DNA from: a virus
Taxonomy: Duplodnaviria > Caudoviricetes
DNA length: 42,281 nucleotides
Strand: one strand, 5' to 3'
IMG/VR virus record: IMGVR_UViG_3300048857_000051
Location: 1-42,281 of that record
Below, in pieces: positions 26,530 to 35,049 of this stretch; position 1 is the first letter of the stretch, and each line of letters starts with the position of its first letter. Position numbers and translations under genes: made by a program. Below the pieces are notes generated by a model. It ran no database searches. It worked only from the letters and a program-made list of their open reading frames with translations, and was not told where the DNA came from.

Positions 26530-26795
26530 CACCGCCCACCCTCCATTCCCGCGCGCACAGCCCCGCAGGAGGCGCCTGACCCGTCCGCTGGCTGTCCGGT
26601 GCCGCCCAGGGGCTCGGCGGGCTCTGGCGGGGCCTGGTGGGGCTGGCGGGAGGCATTGCCGTAGAGCCAGCCTTCCTCCCATGCGCGCTGAGCGAAGGGG
26701 CCGAAGTGCGAAGGAGCTTCGCGCGATCTGCCAGATCCCCCTTCAGCATGGCCCCGGCCCCAAGCGTCGCTCCAAACGGAGTTCACGTCGCTCAT
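26529..26795 (-). CDS. Rmf/CrpP-like small protein
   Basis: AWGRGHAEGGSGRSRE...QRAWEEGW resembles the RMF pattern A..RGY.AG..GRS.E...R..W..GW. Confidence 0.55.
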   Translation of the reverse strand: MSDVNSVWSDAWGRGHAEGGSGRSREAPSHFGPFAQRAWEEGWLYGNASRQPHQAPPEPAEPLGGTGQPADGSGASCGAVRAGMEGGR

Positions 26796-26926
26796 CCCTG
26801 GTTCTCCCCCCTCACCGCGTCCAGCACCGCCAGCACCTGCGGCACTTCCTTCGGCGCGTTGTGGATCACCTGCTGCTGCAGGACGTAGGCGCACAGGGAC
26901 ACGGCGGCGGTCGCGAGGGGGGTCAT
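26792..26926 (-). CDS. Small hypothetical protein
   Basis: ATGA overlaps on both sides; MTPLATAAVSLC. Confidence 0.5.
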   Translation of the reverse strand: MTPLATAAVSLCAYVLQQQVIHNAPKEVPQVLAVLDAVRGENQG

Positions 26927-27480
26927 GTCGGCACCCATGGCGTCGGCTTGGTGGCGTCCGGCAGGTAGAGCGGGTGCCAGGGGCAACCATCGCTAGACAG
27001 GCGCAGCACGTGCGGTTGCACGCCATTGGCCATCAGCAGCCGAGCCACAGCCGGGCCGCGGGCACGAAGCGCCCGATGCTTTGGCTTGCCGTAGGCGAAC
27101 ACCGTCACGGCCGCGGCTTGAGCCATCTGTACGAGGTGCATGTCATTGTCGGGACCGATGGGATCGGCCACGTCAACGAGCCTACCCTGGTCGGTGGCGC
27201 GGTAGGCGAAGGTGTTGCCCACCATGATCCCGTCATACCCCCAGGCCTTCACCATCCGAACGCACTTGGCCACTGTAGGGTCGTCCAGGGAGGCATCGGC
27301 CGTGGACGGGTTCATCATGACAAACAGCGCCAGCGACGCCTCGCTCGGCGGCGCCCATAGACGGCTGAGGCGATATCGGTAGCAGTCATCTGGCCCACCG
27401 AAGACGGCCTGCCCTTGCGCACGAGACACCAGACGGACCCTGCCGCCTGCGTCGTGACCGCTCTGCGGGAATAGATCCAT
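26923..27480 (-). CDS. DUF1643 family protein
   Basis: YRYRLSRLW, FVMMNPSTAD...DDPT, N.FAYRATD, HPLY. Confidence 0.88.
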   Translation of the reverse strand: MDLFPQSGHDAGGRVRLVSRAQGQAVFGGPDDCYRYRLSRLWAPPSEASLALFVMMNPSTADASLDDPTVAKCVRMVKAWGYDGIMVGNTFAYRATDQGRLVDVADPIGPDNDMHLVQMAQAAAVTVFAYGKPKHRALRARGPAVARLLMANGVQPHVLRLSSDGCPWHPLYLPDATKPTPWVPT

Positions 27481-27698
27481 CACCGCTCGCCTCCCTTCGC
27501 CAGCACGTCCCGCAGTTGCTCGAACCGCTTCCTCCGGCCTGCGATCTCTTCCGCCGCCTCGGGAGGGACAGCCTTCCCCGTCTCGGCCTGCGCCCGCTCC
27601 GACACGTCCATCCACATCAGGAACCGATCCGCCTCCGCGGCCATGTCCAAGTCCGCACTGCGGCGGCCGAGGTCGGTGGGGGAGATGGGGTCAGCCAT
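27480..27698 (-). CDS. Hypothetical protein
   Basis: Overlap-coupled ORF in the operon with a GGGAG RBS. Confidence 0.6.
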   Translation of the reverse strand: MADPISPTDLGRRSADLDMAAEADRFLMWMDVSERAQAETGKAVPPEAAEEIAGRRKRFEQLRDVLAKGGER

Positions 27699-27921
27699 GG
27701 GAAAGCTCCCCCTGCCCCACCGCCTTCGCAGCCTTCACGGTGCGCCTGGTGGTGTGCATCACCACAGAGCCACCCAGCCGCAGCAGCACCACGTCCATGT
27801 CCCGCTCTTCCGTCGTGGCGCCCTGCGCCAGCAGATCGGCGCAGCGGTTCACGCGGTGCGGGTCCAGCGCCACGGCGCGCGGCTTCTCCTGCCGGGGGGA
27901 CTTCCAGGGCGGGCAGGGCAT
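27691..27921 (-). CDS. Hypothetical protein
   Basis: Overlap-coupled ORF (TGATG). Confidence 0.55.
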   Translation of the reverse strand: MPCPPWKSPRQEKPRAVALDPHRVNRCADLLAQGATTEERDMDVVLLRLGGSVVMHTTRRTVKAAKAVGQGELSHG

Positions 27922-28109
27922 CAGCGGCCGCCCCGTGGCTCGGAGAAGGAGAAGGTCATGAACTTCCCCTTCCGCCCTTCCTTGATCCAGGCGGCCATCT
28001 CCATGTCCTGGCCGTTCACCCGGGCCGTGCCCTTGTAGTCCGGGTGGCTGTCCTTCTCCTTCCGATCGTTGCGGAAGAGGATGCCGGAGTTGTCGCGCTG
28101 CTCAGACAT
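27921..28109 (-). CDS. Small putative ssDNA-binding protein (DUF736-like)
   Basis: G.LF.N..K....PDY.G......AAW.K...G.F motif; AGGAG RBS. Confidence 0.7.
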   Translation of the reverse strand: MSEQRDNSGILFRNDRKEKDSHPDYKGTARVNGQDMEMAAWIKEGRKGKFMTFSFSEPRGGR

Positions 28110-28344
28110 GAGCCGTCTCCTGAGTGGCGCGACGCATCATGTCCTGCACGTAGCGAGCGGCCCCTCGCATGCCCATGGCCTTGGTCTTGAAACCAGCCTC
28201 ACGCAGTCGATCGATCAGATGGTCTTGGATCTCGACGTAGCGAGAGCTTTCAACACCGCCCGCGCAGAGGCGGACTGCTTCAGCCCAGACCGCCCTCAGC
28301 GCGGCCTCCCTCTGGTCAATGACCGGATTTCCAGTGGGTTCCAT
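28102..28344 (-). CDS. Hypothetical protein
   Basis: ATG 28344; fills the gap and overlaps the next gene. Confidence 0.5.
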   Translation of the reverse strand: MEPTGNPVIDQREAALRAVWAEAVRLCAGGVESSRYVEIQDHLIDRLREAGFKTKAMGMRGAARYVQDMMRRATQETAHV

Positions 28345-28369
28345 CGAAGCCTCGTAGCTTGTGGTTTGG

Positions 28370-28575
28370 GACGGTTGGGGCGGGATGGGGCAGGCTCCCG
28401 CGCAAATCCCCTTAAGGCGCACGTGCGCGCGTGAGGGGGTTATTGGTTTTGGGGTGCCCCATCCTGCCCCAAGACAGGCGGGAATGGCGTTAATGCGCTG
28501 TTCCTTAAGGGGAAAATGGCTGATACCGGGGTGCCCCAAAGAGGGGGTGTCCTGCCCCAAAACCTGCCCCACCGT
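28370..28575. promoter_or_regulatory. Putative replication origin with short TGCCCC iterons
   Basis: Non-coding stretch after the helicase; TGCCCC repeated five times on + and once inverted (ggggca), plus two CCTTAAGG palindromes. Confidence 0.55.
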
Positions 28576-28588
28576 TCCTCGCCCCCGG

Positions 28589-29995
28589 TCAGTAGGCATG
28601 TCGACCGTCACCAGCATCACGGAGACCAATGCCGCGGATGTACCGAGTGCCGGCATACTTGGTTCGGCTCAGCCCCTTGGTACGGTCGACCTTCTCCGAG
28701 AACTCGGGGCTACTCAGCGGCGTTTCGCCATTGCCCTGACACCAGGAGCGGTAGTCGGCAAACAGCTTTCCTGGCGGTGTCTGAAGCGCGCCGTCCAGCA
28801 AGCACTGCTCCGCTATCCAGCGCCCGAATACATCCTGCCGCTCGAAGTAGTCGCCGCTGGCCTGCTGAATGGAGGCTGCAGTACCCAACCGCTCCTTCTG
28901 CCATTCCAGGCATCCCTCAATCGCCCAGCGAAGGATTGCCGGGTACTCAGGGATCAGCTTCGCCTTCAGTTCTGGATCCGGGTTCGGGGGAATGAACTCG
29001 AAGGGCACGATGCGGAGGCGGCGCTCCATGGCCGGGCTGCGGCCCTTGAGGCTGGGTGCGTGGTTGCCGACGAACTGCAGCTTGAACTGCGGGCGATAAG
29101 TGTAGACGCGCCCATGGGGCTGGCGGGCAGATACTGGCGTCTCGTTGCCGGTCAGTTCCTTGATCTGCGCCTCGGCCCATTGCCGGCCGCTTTCAGTCTC
29201 GGAGGCGGTGACCAGACGAGCCCCGGCCATCTGCGCGCGGTAGTATTCCTGGTTCTGCCTGCCGCCGGCCGTGAAGGCCTCGATCGGCATGGACACGGCG
29301 TAGGCGCCAAGGATGGCAGCCAGCACGCCCGTATAGACGCCCTTGCCGTTGCCGCCCGGCCCATAGAGGAAGGACAGCACCTCCTCCGAGATGTCGCCGG
29401 TCAGGCAGTAGCCGGCCCATCGCTGAAGGAACCGCTGCAGCTCCTCGTCTGCCTCCGTCGCCTCGTGCAGGAAGCCCTGCCAGTGCGGAGCGACCGTGCC
29501 GGGGGGAGCGGGCGCGACGAGGGTGTGCTTGGAGATGTAGTCTTCAGGCCGGCCAGGGCGGAGTTGCCCTGTGCGGAGATCCACCACGCCGGCCGGCGTA
29601 CCCAGCATCCAGCCGTCCGCGTCCCACATCGCGCCATGGACGGCGACACGTGGATCACTCCGTGCAAGCTCTTCCACGGCCCGGACGAACTTGACCTTGG
29701 AGAGCGCCTTCTCGTCCGCCGGATGGATCGTCCGCCCGCGCTCGCTCTCCACGAAGCGCTTCACCCGCTCCATGGCACTCGATACCGGGTCCTTCTCCCA
29801 GATGGCGCCGGACCAGACGAACCAGCGGCGGTCGTCGTGGTCGTAGACCAGCTTGCCCTGCATCGCCGCGGCGAAACGCCTCGCCACATCCGTTTCGCCG
29901 AAGTCCAGCGGGTTTGTGCCGGCTGCGGGCGGCTGCTGATCATAGCGCCGAGCCGCCAGGTCGAAGACCTTCCCCATGTCGTCCCCGTCTGGCAT
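28589..29995 (-). CDS. P4/D5-family primase-associated SF3 helicase
   Basis: D5_N-like region (GVVDLRTG.LRP), Walker A GPGGNGKG, GARLVTASE, IKELTG, RRLRIVPF. Confidence 0.93.
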   Translation of the reverse strand: MPDGDDMGKVFDLAARRYDQQPPAAGTNPLDFGETDVARRFAAAMQGKLVYDHDDRRWFVWSGAIWEKDPVSSAMERVKRFVESERGRTIHPADEKALSKVKFVRAVEELARSDPRVAVHGAMWDADGWMLGTPAGVVDLRTGQLRPGRPEDYISKHTLVAPAPPGTVAPHWQGFLHEATEADEELQRFLQRWAGYCLTGDISEEVLSFLYGPGGNGKGVYTGVLAAILGAYAVSMPIEAFTAGGRQNQEYYRAQMAGARLVTASETESGRQWAEAQIKELTGNETPVSARQPHGRVYTYRPQFKLQFVGNHAPSLKGRSPAMERRLRIVPFEFIPPNPDPELKAKLIPEYPAILRWAIEGCLEWQKERLGTAASIQQASGDYFERQDVFGRWIAEQCLLDGALQTPPGKLFADYRSWCQGNGETPLSSPEFSEKVDRTKGLSRTKYAGTRYIRGIGLRDAGDGRHAY

Positions 29996-30840
29996 CAGGC
30001 GTTACCGCCGAGTGGGTTCTTGGCGCCGGCATCGAGGCCGGAGCGGATCGTGGCGCGGCACTCGCCGTCCTCGAGGCCGATGTGACGGCCGGCGGTGTAG
30101 AGGGCGTAGATGGCTTCCTGCTCGGTCAGCTTGCCGGCGCCGATCAGCCCGCCGACGGTGTAGGATGCGCGGTTGAGCGCGCCATTCCGGCCGCCCTGCG
30201 TGACGACCACGAGATTGTCGATGACGCGGGCCAGGGATCTGCGGGCGCCATCTTCGGTCAGGATCTGCGGGCGTTCGGGCCTGGGCTTGGCCGGCGGCGG
30301 CTTGAGAAGGTCATAGACCCAATCCGGCGCCGGGGGCGCAGCAAGTTCCCACGGCGCCACGTGCCAACGGTAGGGCTCCCCCCACTTGCCGCGGCTCGGC
30401 GCGATGGTGAAAGCGACCTTACCGGCGCACGTGTCGATGCCCCTGCATGGCTTGCTCTCGCCCCGAACCATCGGGCGCCCCTCATCCTTGAAGATCAGAA
30501 GGTGTCCGCCTGAGCCCGACCGGCCATGCGGCCTAGCCGGGATCTCGCCAAACTGCTCACAGTAGGCGCGAAGGGCCGCAACGCCGTCGTGCTCGTGATC
30601 CTCGCCTGGCACGTCCACATCCCAGCCCCAGACGCCGGAACCCTGGGGCACAACCTTCCAATTGCAGCCCGGATAGGCGTGAGCCCAGCGGTCGAGCTGG
30701 TCGAGGTCGTGCGTAGCCACATCGAGGTAGCCCCCGAACATGCCCTTCTTGGACCGGGTAGCCGGCACGCAGCGCCAGCCAAGCAGAGCCACGCGCTCGA
30801 TGTCCGGGTGAAGGCTGTAGGAGGACATGCAGGCGCTCAC
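29995..30840 (-). CDS. Bifunctional DNA primase/polymerase (Prim-Pol)
   Basis: AT.D...L..W...P.CN, DVD, SGSGGH, GID, IAPS; C-terminal G.RN..LN. Confidence 0.88.
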   Translation of the reverse strand: MSACMSSYSLHPDIERVALLGWRCVPATRSKKGMFGGYLDVATHDLDQLDRWAHAYPGCNWKVVPQGSGVWGWDVDVPGEDHEHDGVAALRAYCEQFGEIPARPHGRSGSGGHLLIFKDEGRPMVRGESKPCRGIDTCAGKVAFTIAPSRGKWGEPYRWHVAPWELAAPPAPDWVYDLLKPPPAKPRPERPQILTEDGARRSLARVIDNLVVVTQGGRNGALNRASYTVGGLIGAGKLTEQEAIYALYTAGRHIGLEDGECRATIRSGLDAGAKNPLGGNA

Positions 30841-31040
30841 ACCCGTTCCCCTATGGCTTCGCGGGCCAGCCGCAGCATCGACTGCACGTCCTGCCAGCCG
30901 AGGGCGTCAGGCCCCGCCCGCATCACCTCTTCGCAACGGATGCGCTCGGACAGCGGGATCTCGCTGTCGAAGTCCTGGCGCAGCACGAAGGCTGCCTCCC
31001 AGGCGCGTTGCTGTACGTGGAAGGGCGGGACGACGATCAC
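30837..31040 (-). CDS. Hypothetical protein
   Basis: GTGA and ATGA overlaps. Confidence 0.55.
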   Translation of the reverse strand: MIVVPPFHVQQRAWEAAFVLRQDFDSEIPLSERIRCEEVMRAGPDALGWQDVQSMLRLAREAIGERV

Positions 31041-31492
31041 CGGACCACTCCGGCGCGCTGAAAGATCGCGATGGCCTCATCCAAAGAGGCCGCGACGCCC
31101 ACATGGTGTCCGAGTTCCCGGAGCCGCGCAATGCGATCCTCCTGGGCCTCAGATATCTCCCCGCCAGGTGCTTTCACCTCTACGAAGACGACGATGCCGC
31201 CCTTCCAGCAGATGGTGAGATCGGGCACGCCGGCTTTCCGGCCGAGCGCCTTGCGCCGGAACATCTGGTTGCGGCCGAGCTTCTTGTCGTTCTCGTTCCT
31301 GACGTGCCAGGCCAGCGGCTCGCCCGGCAGCTTCCGCAGATAGTTCAGGATGGACCGCTGGACCTGATCTTCGGTCGGCTGCGGAGCGCCCTTCAAACCC
31401 TTCGGAATGCGGCGACTGGGGCGCGACTGAAGGCGCGGCGCCTCCAGTGCATCGATCTCTTCGGCGAGCGTCAGATCGGGACGGATCAGCAT
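31037..31492 (-). CDS. VRR-NUC domain nuclease
   Basis: EDQVQ, G.KAGVPDL, FVEVKAPGG..S..Q PD-(D/E)XK motif; GAGG RBS. Confidence 0.88.
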   Translation of the reverse strand: MLIRPDLTLAEEIDALEAPRLQSRPSRRIPKGLKGAPQPTEDQVQRSILNYLRKLPGEPLAWHVRNENDKKLGRNQMFRRKALGRKAGVPDLTICWKGGIVVFVEVKAPGGEISEAQEDRIARLRELGHHVGVAASLDEAIAIFQRAGVVR

Positions 31493-31499
31493 TGCTATT

Positions 31500-31721
31500 C
31501 TATGCCTCACCATAAGGGTCGTCACGAACCCCAGATGACACCTTCCCCCTCGCAAAAAGTCCCCGGCCGACGCTGGCAACACCGCCGGCCGGGGGAGTTT
31601 CCGGGAGGGAAGAGGCGCGCAGATCAGCCCCTGCGCGCGCGGGCATCTCGGTCATGCCGTTACCGCCACCACCAGAGACGAAGGCGGGCCCAATGCTCTG
31701 CTCTGGTGAGAGCGTGTTCAC
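31500..31721 (-). CDS. Hypothetical protein
   Basis: Fills an operon gap with GTGA overlap; weak sequence features. Confidence 0.35.
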   Translation of the reverse strand: MNTLSPEQSIGPAFVSGGGGNGMTEMPARAGADLRASSLPETPPAGGVASVGRGLFARGKVSSGVRDDPYGEA

Positions 31722-32140
31722 TGCGTGCAGTCCACGTTCTCTCGCGCCATGCCGCGAACCGCTGCCATAGAGCCCTCATGGCTTCCTTTCAGTGCATCGA
31801 GACGCGCCCGAACCAGCGCGCGCCGTGCCTCCAGTTGCTGCATTTCTTGATGCATCCGCGCCTCGTAGGCGGCGGCAATGCGACGTTCCTCGTCGGCCCA
31901 GAGGCGCTTCGGCTCTCCGTGCCAGATCGCGCGGGCCCGCCGGGCCGACACGACGCAGGCGCGGGCAACGCGCTCCAATGCATGATCGAGCCCGATCTGC
32001 GCGCGGTCAGCGAGGACCATCTCGCGCAGCATCTCGCGGCTGCTGATGACGCTATCCATGCCATCCATTCCTTTGGACGACTTCTCCAACTTCGCGGACA
32101 TCGGTTGCTCCATGGTGTGACCCATGGACGACGCATTCAC
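31718..32140 (-). CDS. Putative DNA-binding protein (HTH-like plus coiled coil)
   Basis: VARACVVSARRARAIWHGE followed by a heptad helix; start uncertain. Confidence 0.6.
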   Translation of the reverse strand: MNASSMGHTMEQPMSAKLEKSSKGMDGMDSVISSREMLREMVLADRAQIGLDHALERVARACVVSARRARAIWHGEPKRLWADEERRIAAAYEARMHQEMQQLEARRALVRARLDALKGSHEGSMAAVRGMARENVDCTQ

Positions 32141-32336
32141 TCAGCTCGCAGGTATCCGGACGGAGGGTGTTGGAAGCACCCTCCCCCACCTGCTTGAGCG
32201 CGCGGATCTCGGCGCCCGTAGAAACGAAACTCCCGCGCAGGCCCTCGCTGCGCATCAGGGGGAGGCGACCCGCACCGCCAAGCGCCAGGGGCGCGAGGGC
32301 GGCGGCAACGGGGTGCACGTGGCGGGTGGGCATGGC

Positions 32337-33062
32337 TTACCCCACGTCCGCAAGAATGTTGGCGGAGGCGCGCTTGCAGCGATCGCACCGGCGGATGTTG
32401 ATCCGGTGCGGGCTGTCGAAGAACCCGCCGCAGTGTCCGAGGCAGCGGACGCGACCAGCCATGTTGCGGACGGGCTCGTCGGCGAGCGCGGCGGCCGCAA
32501 CGGGCTTGGGTTCCGATTTGACCCGCCGGACGCGCATGGTCTGGACGGGGATGATCTCTCCCGCCTCGCACCGCTTGGCATAGGACACGGCAGCGGCCCG
32601 GCTCATGCCCCGCTTCAGCCCACGCCGGTAATGCGGGTTTGCGACGCCGCGCGGGATACCGAGATCGGCGGTCGATTTAGTGGCGGGCGGGACGAGCCCC
32701 TTGTCGCGCGCCCGCTTCAGGATGGCCCGAATGGAGGTAGGACTGACGCCACGTATCCGGGCGATCTGGCCGGAACTCTTCCCATCTCGGAAAAGCCGCA
32801 GCACCTCTTCGGCGGCGGACGAGCCTTGGCGGTGGAAATTGGCCTGGCGGGACGGCACCTTGATCCCGGCTTTGCGCATGCGGGCAACGTCTTTCTCCAC
32901 AACAGCGACGGAGAGCCCGAGGAGGCGGGCAATCTCCGTAGGCCCCTTGCCCTTGGCGTAGAGACCGAGAATGCGCTGTCGGCGGAGGGTGGTGGCCGAG
33001 ACGACCCCATCCACATTCGCGACGCCGTAATCGCCGTCCTGCTGAAGCTGGGACTGGCTCAT
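32337..33062 (-). CDS. Transcriptional regulator with two HTH-like motifs and a C-terminal Cys4 zinc finger
   Basis: GKGPTEIARLLGLS, GKSSGQIARIRGVS, CLGHC...F.S....IRRCDRC. Confidence 0.75.
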   Translation of the reverse strand: MSQSQLQQDGDYGVANVDGVVSATTLRRQRILGLYAKGKGPTEIARLLGLSVAVVEKDVARMRKAGIKVPSRQANFHRQGSSAAEEVLRLFRDGKSSGQIARIRGVSPTSIRAILKRARDKGLVPPATKSTADLGIPRGVANPHYRRGLKRGMSRAAAVSYAKRCEAGEIIPVQTMRVRRVKSEPKPVAAAALADEPVRNMAGRVRCLGHCGGFFDSPHRINIRRCDRCKRASANILADVG

Positions 33063-33065
33063 AGA

Positions 33066-33227
33066 TCAGGCCACCAGCCGGAGGACGGTGCCGAAGAGGG
33101 CCAGCAGAAGCCCGCCCATGAGGCAGCCGAGGACGGCACCAGCGAACGGCGCCAGGTCGGGGTCAGTCTCCGCGCTGGTCTGGTTCGACGGCTGCGGGTT
33201 GAGGGAGGAAACGAGAGTGGCGCTCAT
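33066..33227 (-). CDS. Small membrane peptide (53 aa; not in the ORF track)
   Basis: GGGAG upstream of ATG 33227; hydrophobic FAGAVLGCLMGGLLLALFGTVLRLVA. Confidence 0.45.
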   Translation of the reverse strand: MSATLVSSLNPQPSNQTSAETDPDLAPFAGAVLGCLMGGLLLALFGTVLRLVA

Positions 33228-33230
33228 CGA

Positions 33231-33308
33231 CTACAAGCTCCCGATGATCACGGTTGCTGTGGCGTACAGGGCGGCGACGGCCACCCAGGCGAGGTGGAGG
33301 GCGCCCAT
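33231..33308 (-). CDS. Tiny hydrophobic peptide (25 aa)
   Basis: TGATG overlap with cro; MGALHLAWVAVAALYATATVIIGSL. Confidence 0.35.
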   Translation of the reverse strand: MGALHLAWVAVAALYATATVIIGSL

Positions 33309-33520
33309 CAGGCGGCGACCCGCTGCTTGGGGCGCCAGGACACGGTGTCCTGAGTGACGCCCTCGATGCCGAGGTCACGGGCCTTATCGATGAACGAGAA
33401 CCAGAGCCGGGCCGGGATGCCGTCTCGGCGCCAGTTGCAAACGGCGGTGCGGCTACAGCCGAACATCTCGGCCACCTTCGCCGGGCCGCCGAAAGCGGCG
33501 ATGATTTCTGAGGCGTCCAT
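33308..33520 (-). CDS. Cro-like regulator
   Basis: IIAAFGGPAKVAEMFGCSRTAVCNWRRDGIP; divergent from the repressor. Confidence 0.85.
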   Translation of the reverse strand: MDASEIIAAFGGPAKVAEMFGCSRTAVCNWRRDGIPARLWFSFIDKARDLGIEGVTQDTVSWRPKQRVAA

Positions 33521-33530
33521 AGCCCCACAG

Positions 33531-33590
33531 TGTCAGATTATCTGATGGGCTGCAACAGCTTTCGGCGAAGGACTGTCAGAATTCCTTTCA
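33531..33590. promoter_or_regulatory. Operators between cro and cI (OR-like)
   Basis: TGTCAGATTATCTGA (contains the palindrome TCAGA-N3-TCTGA) at 33531 and TGTCAGAATTCCTTT at 33574; TTGCAG -35-like hexamer on the - strand. Confidence 0.7.
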
Positions 33591-33613
33591 CGCCATCGGA
33601 GGCCGATCCGGGC

Positions 33614-33955
33614 ATGATCCGGGTCATGGCAACGGTACTTCAACAGGATATCGCCCGGCGTTTACGCGCCGTGATGGCCGAGCTGGGCATGAACCGCCGG
33701 CAGTTTGCGGAGTTCCTAGAAACGGCTGAGAGCAAGCTGGGCAACTGGCTTGGGAAGGGCCCGAAGGCCAACAAGCCGCCCGAGGAGGTCATGGTTCTCC
33801 TCTGCGAGAAGGCGCCTGGCCTTACCCTCGACTACCTATATCGCGGTGTGCTCGATCACGTACCTATGGCACTGGCGATCCGGCTGAAGGCTTGGGAGGA
33901 GGGTATCCCCCAGGGAGAGGGATCGAACCACCAGACACCGGCTCGCATCCGGTAA
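33614..33955 (+). CDS. XRE-family HTH repressor (CI-like, no peptidase domain); start 33614 or 33626
   Basis: RLRAV..ELGMNRRQFAEFL......GNW...TLDYLYRG. Confidence 0.85.
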   Translation: MIRVMATVLQQDIARRLRAVMAELGMNRRQFAEFLETAESKLGNWLGKGPKANKPPEEVMVLLCEKAPGLTLDYLYRGVLDHVPMALAIRLKAWEEGIPQGEGSNHQTPARIR

Positions 33956-34146
33956 CGGGCTGACCACTCGGCCGGGGCCACACATAAGGACCCGGCCACA
34001 CAAAGCCTCGCATTGAACGCTGGCCCTCCCTCTTACAACTCTCGGTAGAACCCTACCGAGCGGTATCATGCACGCCTGCACTCGCGCAACGGCATTAACG
34101 GGAAGATAGACTGTCAGCTTCGCGTCGCGGAAGAACAAAACGAGTA

Positions 34147-34190
34147 CGTCAGATTTTCTGTTGACTGAGTGTCAGATTTCCTGCCTTCTC
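34147..34190 (+). promoter_or_regulatory. Early promoter with two operators (PL/OL-like)
   Basis: GTCAGATTTTCTGT and TGTCAGATTTCCTGC flank a TTGACT -35 hexamer at 34161. Confidence 0.7.
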
Positions 34191-34235
34191 CATCTGCCGG
34201 GCGGTAGTCGCCGGCAGCACCGGAAGGACAGACCG

Positions 34236-34454
34236 ATGAGTGCTCATGATGACAGGCCAATGTTCCCCCTGTCCGGCGACGCGTTGCGCGACTGGTTTGC
34301 TGGGTTCGCGCTGCTCGCCATCATCAACAAGACGCCTCGGCAGCGAGTGCCTGCTTCCGTCTCCGGATCCGACGACCTTGAGGTAGCGCGCGGCGCCTAC
34401 GCCTACGCCGATGCTATGATCACGGCGCGCGGCCTTCCGCGGGGAGCCGAGTGA
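34236..34454 (+). CDS. Conserved phage hypothetical protein
   Basis: LRDWFAG.AL...A..AY.YADAM..AR pattern; AAGGA RBS. Confidence 0.75.
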   Translation: MSAHDDRPMFPLSGDALRDWFAGFALLAIINKTPRQRVPASVSGSDDLEVARGAYAYADAMITARGLPRGAE

Positions 34455-34807
34455 TGCCCCTGCCCTCCCACCCACCCGCACCGAACTGCGGCGACATGAG
34501 CGCCCGCACCGCGGCGCTGCGGCCTGAGATCTCCCTGACTAAAGAGCAGATCGCGGATGCGCGGCTGCTACGCCGGGCCGGCTCTTCTCCTGAGGCCATC
34601 GCGGAGTTCCTGGACGTCCCGCTTGATCGCGTTGAGCGCGCCCTGCTGGCGATGCGCACCCCGAAGGCCGACCGCTCTCGCGGGACCCTGAATGTGCGCT
34701 TGAGCGACCGCGACTTCGTGCTTCGGGAGAAGCGCCCGGCCGAGGCAGTCCATGACACCGTGCACCGGCTCATTGGTGAACTTGAGCACCTGCGGAGCGG
34801 CCTGTGA
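34451..34807 (+). CDS. HTH-containing hypothetical protein
   Basis: AGSSPEAIAEFLDVPLDRVERAL. Confidence 0.65.
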   Translation: MMPLPSHPPAPNCGDMSARTAALRPEISLTKEQIADARLLRRAGSSPEAIAEFLDVPLDRVERALLAMRTPKADRSRGTLNVRLSDRDFVLREKRPAEAVHDTVHRLIGELEHLRSGL

Positions 34808-35049
34808 TGAGCCCCTTCCCCACCATCAGTGAACAGCTGGCCCAAGCAGCCGCGCCTCCGGAGCCACGCGAGCCGAAGCGCATCCCCGCTCCCCTCCCCT
34901 CGTGGAAGGACCCGGCCCTTGTCCGCCGCCGTGAGCGCGCGGAGCTGCGTGCGGCGCTGCTGCACATCGCGACGTCGCCGGCTGCGTGCTGGGTGGGGGT
35001 GGGTGTGCTGCTGATCGTCTATGCCTGGGCGACGGGGGCGTTCTCGTGA
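34804..35049 (+). CDS. Small protein with a C-terminal TM segment
   Basis: WVGVGVLLIVYAWA; overlap-coupled. Confidence 0.55.
   Translation: MMSPFPTISEQLAQAAAPPEPREPKRIPAPLPSWKDPALVRRRERAELRAALLHIATSPAACWVGVGVLLIVYAWATGAFS

Noticed and set aside
32052-32333. Short - strand ORF between the HTH genes
   Set aside because: Competing overlapping frames and no motif; cannot pick a gene.
7539-33353. Many long + strand ORFs (e.g. 8666..9916, 12213..13430, 19700..21019, 28361..30085, 30827..32197)
   Set aside because: Antisense to well-supported genes, no motifs, and expected in GC-rich DNA.
33836-34138. - strand ORF downstream of the repressor
   Set aside because: Overlaps the repressor, no RBS or motif; the region is more likely regulatory.
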